DNA from: Nitrosopumilus sp.
GTDB taxonomy: Archaea; Thermoproteota; Nitrososphaeria; Nitrososphaerales; Nitrosopumilaceae
Assembly (NCBI GenBank): GCA_965238275.1
Contig: OZ250186.1
Span: 1,376,001-1,440,000 of the forward strand
Direction: 5' to 3'
DNA: 64,000 bases
Shown here: piece after piece, positions 11,057 to 19,155 of the stretch
Layout: every line of letters begins with the position of its first letter
How positions within the stretch are numbered: position 1 is the first letter of the stretch
Program-made: the position numbers and the translations under genes
Notes under the pieces: model-generated
Told to the model about the DNA's origin: nothing
Seen by the model: the letters and a program-made list of their open reading frames with translations, nothing else
Databases searched by the model: none

Positions 11057-11187
11057 GTAACTGTTCGGTTTCCCGAAGTCACCTCATGATCTAGGCACGA
11101 ATCTATCATGGAACGACCGTTTTTATCGGCAAAACGTGATTTTTTCGTGCCTGTGGTTGGTTTTACTTCGGGAAACCGATCAGTTAC
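11057..11187. mobile_element. 131-bp MITE (IS66-like ends)
   Basis: 23-bp TIRs GTAACTGTTCGGTTTCCCGAAGT / ACTTCGGGAAACCGATCAGTTAC (22/23 match); 8-bp TSD TTGTTTCC at 11049-11056 and 11188-11195. Confidence 0.9.
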
Positions 11188-11356
11188 TTGTTTCCCGCAG
11201 TTCTTCTGCAAACGCGGGCGCTGATTCAAGATGCTGCACGGAAGCGCACAGCTTGGAGATACTATAGGAACAACGGGCATGCCTGTTTCATTCTTATTGG
11301 GAAATAATCAATGCCGTGGCAGATTGCGTTTTGACATATGGGCAGTCATCCGGGTT

Positions 11357-11941
11357 ATGACGTCGCCTAACGCCACGTTTGCGCGCCTCTGCAACGACCC
11401 GGACGCATACCTGGGACAGTCAATAGTGGTATTTCTCGTCGCCTCAATTCTTGGGGCCGTCATTGCGGTGCCATACGAGATCATATACGAGAATACAGGC
11501 GAATTGGGCTGGACCCCGTTCCTTGCCAACATGGCGTCCGTACTGGCAAGCGGGGTAGTCTCCACGCTGGTCGTGCACCTTGCAGGACGCAGGCTTGGCG
11601 GCAGTCAGAACTGGAAGCAGACGTTCGTGACGCTGTTCCATGTGCACGTGCTGCTCGTAGTGGCAGCCGTGGCAGTCGGGGCGATATGGGTTGCAGTGCC
11701 ACCGTCGGACCTGCAACATTCGGTACTCACCCTCCAACAGGACATTGGGCTGGCTCTTGCGTACTATGCTGTGGTGGTCGCAGTCTCGGCATGGATCATA
11801 GTCCTGTCCGTGAAGGCGATAAAGGTCGTGCACGCGTTTGGGACCGCCAAGGCGTTCGGACTGCTGGTCCTGTCCGTGGTTGCCGCCTACGCTGTCATCT
11901 TGCCTTTTGATCTCAGCGTATTGCTTGATGCGGGTCCATGA
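11357..11941 (+). CDS. Yip1-family membrane protein
   Basis: SPNATF start, about five hydrophobic helices, HLAGRRLGG and HAFGTAKA patterns. Confidence 0.75.
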   Translation: MTSPNATFARLCNDPDAYLGQSIVVFLVASILGAVIAVPYEIIYENTGELGWTPFLANMASVLASGVVSTLVVHLAGRRLGGSQNWKQTFVTLFHVHVLLVVAAVAVGAIWVAVPPSDLQHSVLTLQQDIGLALAYYAVVVAVSAWIIVLSVKAIKVVHAFGTAKAFGLLVLSVVAAYAVILPFDLSVLLDAGP

Positions 11942-12047
11942 TGGGGCTGCTGTGGCAGCAGCAGTGATGCCGGTCGTGCCACGGCGCGCATCAGTGCTGA
12001 TTTTACCGGATCTAAAGGTAAAAAAATACCCCCCGCGCAGTCTAACC

Positions 12048-12142
12048 GGACCGGTCGTCTAGCCTGGTTTGGATGACGCATTCACACTGCGTAAGGAGTA
12101 TCACTCCCGCAAGGGTCGTGGGTTCGAATCCCATCCGGTCCA
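12048..12142 (+). tRNA. tRNA-Val(CAC) with 20-nt BHB intron at about position 44/45 (12094-12113)
   Basis: GGACCGG/CCGGTCC acceptor stem; ACGCA-TTCACAC-TGCGT anticodon arm; GTGGG-TTCGAAT-CCCAT T arm; intron removal restores the AGGTC variable loop. Confidence 0.93.
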
Positions 12143-12186
12143 TATCTCTCAATTCCTTTTGATGGGTTCTGCGTGTACAGACAAGT

Positions 12187-12960
12187 ATGAAGGTGACCAA
12201 GAATGAGATTGAAGGACGCAACATCCCGCCGCCGCCGCCGCCGCCGCCGCTGGACCTCTTCACGCAGGGAATACAGTCCAAGGAGCCGCTGGAAAAGTAC
12301 ACCCGGACGCTGCGCCAAGTCCCGTGCAGCTTCCTTGAGGAGATGCTGGAAGACGAGTTCGAAGAACGCGTAGCTGGTCACGCACACCAAGAAGGATCCG
12401 GAATGGACGCGCGACCTGATACTCAACGTGTCCCGGAAATTGCAGGAGGACAACGCTGCTTCCCAGGGGTGATTCCGACTACCTGAACCCGGCATCGTTT
12501 GGCAACTACTTCAAGACGATCAAGAACCCCTTTGACATGAACTACGTGGCGATCCTGTGGAAGAGACTCTACGCGACGTACCCGGAATCAGACAACATGT
12601 CCGATTTGGTGGACTGAACCCGGGAGGACGTAATGATGATGCTCAAGTACGCGCGCGCCCCGGTGGAAAAAGCGCTGGTGCTGGTGCTGGCAAGCTCGGG
12701 CGTGTGGTGCGGCGCACTGGACATGAACTGGAAAGATCTGGTGCCGCTGTACCGGGTAGGAGAAGACCTCTTGCTGGATCCAGAGGCCGAAAGCTGCCTG
12801 GTAGCGTGCGCTGCACTGTACGTGTACTGCGGTTCGGCCTACCTGTAATGACATTCATAACGCCGGAGGCGTACGACGCGCTGCAACTGTACGACCACGC
12901 GTGGGCCGAGCGCATGGGGCGCCCGTTACCGCCTGCTGCCTATTTTGGACCCGGTGCCGC
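12187..12960 (+). pseudogene. degraded tyrosine integrase next to tRNA-Val
   Basis: frameshifted fragments LDLFTQGIQSKEPLEKYTRTLRQ, YLNPASFGNYFKTIK, EKALVLVLASSG(VW), TFITPEAYDALQLY; catalytic SSG.R lost. Confidence 0.75.
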
Positions 12961-13024
12961 CTTGAGGCGATGGTTCTGCCTGAAAGATGGACAATCTTAA
13001 AAACAACGAGAGGCATTGTAATGC

Positions 13025-13168
13025 ATGTCAGAAACAAAACAGGCTGCGACAGACAGCCTGTGGCCAAACGAAGAGTATGCAATAGAACAATACGAATCTG
13101 GAAAGGACAAACCAAAATCATTTGAAACACCCGAAGCGCTAATAGAAGATCTTCGCAGGTCTGAATGA
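13025..13168 (+). CDS. putative 47-aa antitoxin (absent from ORF track)
   Basis: MSETKQAATDSLWPNEEYAIEQYESGKDKPKSFETPEALIEDLRRSE*; ATGA overlap with relE; RelB/DinJ-like acidic C-terminus. Confidence 0.75.
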   Translation: MSETKQAATDSLWPNEEYAIEQYESGKDKPKSFETPEALIEDLRRSE

Positions 13169-13440
13169 TTTTGTGGCGGATAGAGAGAACAAATCTGTTT
13201 GTCAGCAGCTACAAAAAACTTTCATCACAACTGCAAAATCGCGTGGATGATGCCATATTACACCTTGCAAAATCTGAAAACCCTGAAGATGCAGGCATTC
13301 CAAAAAAAGGCAAGTTCAAAGGATACCTTGCATATGAGCTTGGACGCCCGTATCGGCTAATCTACAAGGTCATCAGCCAACAAAAGATCATTCTGCTGGT
13401 GGTCGTGGGAGATCACAAGTCAGTATATGGCAGAGACTAA
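13165..13440 (+). CDS. RelE/ParE-family toxin
   Basis: F..SYKKL, KKGKFKG..AYELGRPYRLIY, VGDHKSVY. Confidence 0.85.
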   Translation: MILWRIERTNLFVSSYKKLSSQLQNRVDDAILHLAKSENPEDAGIPKKGKFKGYLAYELGRPYRLIYKVISQQKIILLVVVGDHKSVYGRD

Positions 13441-13999
13441 CTCTACAAATTCAGTACAAAAAAGACTGCCATCATGTAGCGGCGGTTGTGGTAAAAAGGG
13501 ACAAACGACGCGTTCTGCCGTGGCGCGGCAGTTGACAGCCGTAAGCCATGTTGACTTGCATTCCCGGTACGTATGCCTCAAATTCCATGTCCTGTATGTG
13601 AATAATTTTCATGGTAGTGGGACAACCGTCGTAAGTACTGTCTCCATCACATCACAAAATCGCTTGGTTTGTTATCTGGCAGGTGATCCAAACTGGTGAC
13701 GGGTTGCTGCTGGAATGACACTGGATGATTTTACAGGCACCGCGGAACCTGAAAATACCTTGTTATCGAGTGGAACCCCATCCGACTCATCTCTCTTTTG
13801 GATTCAAGTCTTTACCATGTGTATAATAATTGAATTAAAAATTCGGAAAACCAACCCAAGAAATTTAGATCTATAACCACTCAAGGTATTCTCGTAAACA
13901 CGGCAGTATGGGGATTGGCGCATGCTTCCTGCCGGGCAGACGTCCTGATTACATCACACACAGTCAAACAATTCAATATCGATACGAATCCTGGATGTC

Positions 14000-15586
14000 A
14001 TGTGGTGCTCAATCCTGTGTGCATTTCCATCCACTGGGCAAACAAAAAATGATTATAGTGCTGCTGGCAACAAGGAATCAGATTTGTCCTCTAGCACATT
14101 ACCAAACCCAAAACTGTTCTTTGACAAGGGCACCATTCGTATTGAGAACAGCAGGCTGGTCAGAATCCCCGGCACAAAATACGACGAACGAACCAAATCC
14201 CTGAGATCCCATGGCCTGAGCTATTCAGAAATCGTCGAGTACTTGGAAAAGAGCGATCTGAATTTTGTAGATAACGTGCCTGATTTCATCCCGTCACCCG
14301 TGTTTCAAATCAGGGGTCTGGAGCTGCGGGACTACCAGCAACAGGCCATGCAAAACTGGGAGAAGGCGTTCATGAAGGGATGCGTCATTCTGCCCACGGG
14401 TGCGGGAAAGACCGCCTTGGGAATTAAGGCAATCCAGAGGGTAAACGCGTCTGCTCTGGTGGTGGTTCCGACGATTGACTTGATGGAGCAGTGGGCAGAG
14501 AACATCTCCAGGCACCTCATGGCTGACGATGATGACGACCACAATCCGCAAAGGATTTCCGTAGGCAGGCTGGGCGGCGGGGAAGACGACCTTCAGGCAA
14601 TTACCATAGCAACATACGACTCTGCATACATCCGGGCATCGGCAATCGGAAACCAATTCAAGCTGGTAATATTTGACGAGGTGCACCATCTTCCCGCCCC
14701 GGGATACCGTTCCATCGCAGAGCAGCTCATCGCGCCATGCCGGCTGGGTCTGACTGCTACAATAGAAAGGGAGGACGGGCTGCATGAGCTGATCCCGCAC
14801 CTCACGGGAGGCGTCGTGTTCCGCCTTGGATCCCAGGAGCTCTCAAGACAAAAGCATCTGGCAGGGTACACAATAGACCGAATCCAAGTTAGCCTGACAC
14901 CGGACGAGCAAAAAGAGTACGAGGCCAGCCACGGCAGGTTCCTGGCAAACCTCAGACGGCTGGGATTCAAGACCCCCACAATGTACAATCTCAAGCGGCT
15001 AATCATGATGTCAAACAGAAACAGGATCGCAAGGGAGGCGATGCTTGCAAGAAACAAGGCAAACGAGATTGCACTAAACAGCCAGGCAAAGATAGACGAA
15101 CTGCAAAGGATACTGCAGCAGTACGGTGGCGCAAAGACGATAATCTTCACGCAAAACAACAAGATGGTCTACCATCTGTCAGACAGGTTCCTAATACCAC
15201 ACATCACACACAAGACGGCAAGGGACGAAAGGCGGGATGTACTGGAGAGATTCAAATCCGGCAGGTATACTGCAGTGGTTACATCAAGGGTTTTAGACGA
15301 GGGGGTGGACGTTCCTGATGCGGAACTGGGCATAATCATGAGCGGCACAGGCAGCGGCAGGGAACTGATACAGAGACTGGGCCGGATTCTGAGGCCGAAA
15401 CGGGATGGCAGACAGGCAAGGCTGATCGAACTGGTATCAAGACATACGCGGGAGACAAGTACCAGCGCAAAAAGGATAGCCGCGCTGAAAAAGAATTCGG
15501 CGTCCCGGGACGACTATGATTCGGCGACACAGGGGAACCAGCATGACGCCCAACAAAACAGCAAGAACAACGGAGGCCATGCCTGA
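14000..15586 (+). CDS. xpb: XPB/Rad25-like SF2 helicase (start uncertain)
   Basis: LRDYQ, LPTGAGKT, DEVHH, LGLTAT, REDG, LDEGVDVP, QRLGRILR. Confidence 0.9.
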   Translation: MWCSILCAFPSTGQTKNDYSAAGNKESDLSSSTLPNPKLFFDKGTIRIENSRLVRIPGTKYDERTKSLRSHGLSYSEIVEYLEKSDLNFVDNVPDFIPSPVFQIRGLELRDYQQQAMQNWEKAFMKGCVILPTGAGKTALGIKAIQRVNASALVVVPTIDLMEQWAENISRHLMADDDDDHNPQRISVGRLGGGEDDLQAITIATYDSAYIRASAIGNQFKLVIFDEVHHLPAPGYRSIAEQLIAPCRLGLTATIEREDGLHELIPHLTGGVVFRLGSQELSRQKHLAGYTIDRIQVSLTPDEQKEYEASHGRFLANLRRLGFKTPTMYNLKRLIMMSNRNRIAREAMLARNKANEIALNSQAKIDELQRILQQYGGAKTIIFTQNNKMVYHLSDRFLIPHITHKTARDERRDVLERFKSGRYTAVVTSRVLDEGVDVPDAELGIIMSGTGSGRELIQRLGRILRPKRDGRQARLIELVSRHTRETSTSAKRIAALKKNSASRDDYDSATQGNQHDAQQNSKNNGGHA

Positions 15587-17286
15587 TGCTCCCGTCTGAA
15601 CTTTTGCGCACCAGGATAAATCGGGGCAAGATAACTCCGCTGTTTTGCACTGCAACATCTGGCAGCGGCACCGATTACGATCTTGCCAGCAGGCTTGTCG
15701 AATTTTTCACAGATGCCCAAAAGGACAGACAGCGCAAAGGCGACCTGCTGCAAAAGATAGGATCGCTTGAATCCGAACACGACTACAAGCTGGTAAGGGG
15801 GCTGTCTGCGCTGTTGGAGCGGCGCTGCATTTTTGGGAGATCAAACACGTCATCATCATCATCATCGGTATCGGTTGCAACGCCCATGCTCATAAGGCAG
15901 AAACTGTTTGAGGAATCTGCAAGGCGGGGTCTGGCCCTGTCCGGCCTGCAAAGACAGGACATCATACGGCAGACTGCAACACGGATGCATATCTCATCAG
16001 ACGACGTTGAGGCCATAATGTGGAGCGACAAGGACGAGAACCTGATACTGACCCGGTTTGATCCCATCAGCACAAAAGACCTGATCTTGTGGTACAACCT
16101 GTCCCTGTTTCAGACGCTTCTCTTCAGGTGTGCCAGACTGGAATTTTACGTAAAGGGCGGGGTGCACTGGAAGCAGGTTCTGCGCAACGTCAAAAGATAC
16201 GGGCTGATGTACCACCTGGAGTACCATTCAGGCAACGACCCCGATGGGGATGACTCTGTCAAGTGCGTCCTGGAAGGACCGCTCAGCCTCTTCAGGATGA
16301 CTGACAGGTATGGCACGTCCATGGCCAAGCTGCTGCCATCAATTGTACGCACGCCGGCCTGGAAGATCACAGGCTCCATAGTCAAAAGAACAGACGACGG
16401 ACAAAAGATCTACTCGTTTGAGTTGTCAAATCAGGACACCGGCGAATTTCTCCGCCCAACAATAGATTCCACACGTCCGGACAGCGGTAATGCCGGAAAC
16501 GGTGACGGCGGTGACGGTGCCTATGACAGCTCTGCAGAGGCGGCATTTGCAAAAAAGTTCTACCAGCACTTTGATCAAAGCGACAAGTTCGGATGGAGGA
16601 TCTCCAGAGAGCCTGACCCGCTAGTCGCAGGCGGCAAGGCCATGATCCCGGACTTTCTCTTTGAGAGGTTTGGAAGAAAGGTGTACTTTGAGATCGTGGG
16701 GTTTTGGACAAGGGAGTACCTTGAGAGAAAGGCAGAAAAACTTCAGGCGCTGCTTGACGGTAGCGGCGACAAAAACGACAGGGGGGTTGACCTGCTGGTG
16801 GCGATAAATTCCGAACTTGCATGCTCTAGAATAGAGACGATCTCCAAGGAGAGGATTTTCACCTTTCAAAAGGACGTCTCAATCAAGCCCGTCTTGGAGC
16901 ACCTAAAAAAGATTGATGCCGAAATCGTAGAGGAAAAAATACACACCAGAATAAGACTTGACGGGAACCGCCCGGATTTAATCTCCATAAAACAGGTTGC
17001 CCTCGAAAACTCCCTTCCGGAGGCTGCAGCATTGAAGATTCTTCTTGCCGATTATCCCGGGGATTATGTCGCAGTCGGCCCGTACCTGATCTCAAAGGAG
17101 AAGATCAAGGCCGCAGACGACAGCCTTGGCGGGGTTTCCAGGTTCGTCGATGCCTGTCAGATACTGGCATCGCAGAAGATTCCGGATTCCTGCCATGCCA
17201 GCCTGCTATCCAAGATGGGTTATGACGTGGTCTGGGAGGATCTGGATCCGGACAATGCCAGGATATCAAAAGGCAGGATGAGCTAA
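15586..17286 (+). CDS. bax1: Bax1 / DUF790 endonuclease, XPB partner
   Basis: MLPSELL, YNLSLFQTLLF, EGPLSLF..T.RYG..MAKLLP, IPDF, FEIVGFWT.EYL. Confidence 0.9.
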   Translation: MLPSELLRTRINRGKITPLFCTATSGSGTDYDLASRLVEFFTDAQKDRQRKGDLLQKIGSLESEHDYKLVRGLSALLERRCIFGRSNTSSSSSSVSVATPMLIRQKLFEESARRGLALSGLQRQDIIRQTATRMHISSDDVEAIMWSDKDENLILTRFDPISTKDLILWYNLSLFQTLLFRCARLEFYVKGGVHWKQVLRNVKRYGLMYHLEYHSGNDPDGDDSVKCVLEGPLSLFRMTDRYGTSMAKLLPSIVRTPAWKITGSIVKRTDDGQKIYSFELSNQDTGEFLRPTIDSTRPDSGNAGNGDGGDGAYDSSAEAAFAKKFYQHFDQSDKFGWRISREPDPLVAGGKAMIPDFLFERFGRKVYFEIVGFWTREYLERKAEKLQALLDGSGDKNDRGVDLLVAINSELACSRIETISKERIFTFQKDVSIKPVLEHLKKIDAEIVEEKIHTRIRLDGNRPDLISIKQVALENSLPEAAALKILLADYPGDYVAVGPYLISKEKIKAADDSLGGVSRFVDACQILASQKIPDSCHASLLSKMGYDVVWEDLDPDNARISKGRMS

Positions 17287-17556
17287 TTATCCCAACAAAT
17301 GGATGGCTGTCCAAAAAACTGAATTTTGCAGCATCCAGGCAACCCCGAACCTTGCAGGCCGTCCCGGCTGCGCTGCCCTCATCTCCGCCTTAACTCACCT
17401 GTCGTGAGAGGCACGCTGACGGCAAGATTGACAATGCTGCATTAAGCCGCATGCCCACGCAATGCCCCGAACGTGGAACTACGGCAGAATGGCGTGAGGT
17501 TTTGGTAAAAAACGGACTTCATCAAACGTTATAGCCTCATGCACTGTTATTTAGTA

Positions 17557-18993
17557 ATGGCATCAAAAGCGTTCAAGACCGTCCTGTTTGGCTCCTTGGT
17601 TGCCGCAACGATTCTGCTGTTTGGTGATGTGGCTTTTGCGCAATCTGACGTAAAGCCGCCCCTCCAACAGGCGCGCGACGGCGTGCCGTTAAACGAGATC
17701 GCATACTCAGATAATCGCGTGTTGATTGCAACGCCGTCCGGGTCGCCTGCGTGCGTCTTTGCCTCGTCGGTGGGGGCCTTGGAGGCTCGGGGATTCATAC
17801 CACTTGGTGCGGCACCCGCAGAACGGCCCGAAGACCTCACGCCCGAGACACAGGCTGACAGGGATGCTGCCTCTTCAATCGCAGTTGCGATACTTGCCGG
17901 GGATGAGTCGTCGGCAATACCAGGCAAGGTATCTTCTGCCAACAACGCATTTGCAATCGACATGTACAGGCAGCTAGCCGATGGCAGCAACACGTTCTTC
18001 TCGCCTCTCAGCATATACATGGCAGTGTCCATGCTGTACGAGGCGGCCAGCCCTTCGGCGGCAGAACAGCTGCACGGCGCGTTCGGCTTTGATCCCGACT
18101 TGCAGGCGCGCTACGAGGATGCCGCCCGCACTATATCCTCGCTGAACCGCGAGGATCCGCACGCGGAGCTGTCCATGGCAAATGCGCTGTGGCTGGCCAC
18201 CGGCGACCCCAGCTACGAGTACGTTGAGACAATCCGCGACATCTACCGTGCAGACGTGTCGCCAGTGAATAATGTCGAACAGATAAACGAGTGGGCCTCT
18301 GAGAACACGAACGGAAAAATAGAGAAGGTCTTGGACGATCTGGGACCCGATCTCATAATGATCCTCACAAACGCGATATACTTCAAGGGAACGTGGGTGG
18401 TGCAGTTCGACCCAGATGACACCCGACTTGGTGACTTTTACACGGGCAGCGGAACCGTAACGGCAGACATGATGTCAGTGTACGGGGGGTTCGAGTATGC
18501 AAATACCGGCAGCGAGCAGGTGCTTCGCATGCCGTACGAGGGCGACCGGCTGTCGATGCTGGTGGCGCTGCCGCGCGAGCGCGACGGAATCGGTGCCTTG
18601 GAGGAGCGCCTGTCGGCCAACCTGTTAGAGGAATGGGGAGACGCGTTACACCCTACAAACGTAGAGGTCGAGTTTCCAAAGTTCGAGACACGCACACACT
18701 ATTCCCTCAACGAACCCATGAAGAACCTTGGAACCACGGAGATCTTTGATGTCGGCTCGCTGCCAGATATTTCCTTCAAAGCATTTGTAAGCTCCGTGCT
18801 GCACGACGGATACCTGAAAGTCAACGAAGAGGGCACCGAAGCTGCGGCAGTCCCCACGGTAGTCGTAGCTACAGAATCCGTACCGCCCCCACCCCCATCG
18901 TTCGTGGCAGACCACCCGTTCCTGTTCTTCATACAGGACAACGAAAGCGGCGCGATACTCTTCATGGGAAAGATCGTAAATCCTACAAAATAG
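17557..18993 (+). CDS. secreted serpin with thaumarchaeal N-terminal domain
   Basis: signal peptide; NNAFAIDMY, FFSPLSI, NAIYFKGTW, VNEEGTEAAA hinge, FVADHPFLFFI, LFMGKIVNP. Confidence 0.93.
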   Translation: MASKAFKTVLFGSLVAATILLFGDVAFAQSDVKPPLQQARDGVPLNEIAYSDNRVLIATPSGSPACVFASSVGALEARGFIPLGAAPAERPEDLTPETQADRDAASSIAVAILAGDESSAIPGKVSSANNAFAIDMYRQLADGSNTFFSPLSIYMAVSMLYEAASPSAAEQLHGAFGFDPDLQARYEDAARTISSLNREDPHAELSMANALWLATGDPSYEYVETIRDIYRADVSPVNNVEQINEWASENTNGKIEKVLDDLGPDLIMILTNAIYFKGTWVVQFDPDDTRLGDFYTGSGTVTADMMSVYGGFEYANTGSEQVLRMPYEGDRLSMLVALPRERDGIGALEERLSANLLEEWGDALHPTNVEVEFPKFETRTHYSLNEPMKNLGTTEIFDVGSLPDISFKAFVSSVLHDGYLKVNEEGTEAAAVPTVVVATESVPPPPPSFVADHPFLFFIQDNESGAILFMGKIVNPTK

Positions 18994-19007
18994 GCGGTGG
19001 CATCGGA

Positions 19008-19155
19008 ACAAGCAGCATGCGTTATGTCTGAAACTTAAGTACCGTCTCATTCAAGCAACCTAATGAGAAAGGTCGCGATACTGGTGATGGCAGTCACGAT
19101 ATCCGTGTTGTCCACTGCCGGATTCGCAGCCTACGCCGAACAGGTTCCAACGCCC
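19008..19155 (+). repeat. promoter plus signal-peptide direct repeat, copy 1
   Basis: colinear 148-bp match to 21618-21765, including TGTCTGAAACTTAAGTACCGTC. Confidence 0.88.

Noticed and set aside
11017-11280. N-terminal extension of HicB to 162 aa
   Set aside because: It runs through the MITE and promoter; the real start is more likely 11016.
12115-12142. attR duplicate of the tRNA-Val 3' end
   Set aside because: I found no second copy in the window by eye, so the island boundary cannot be defined.
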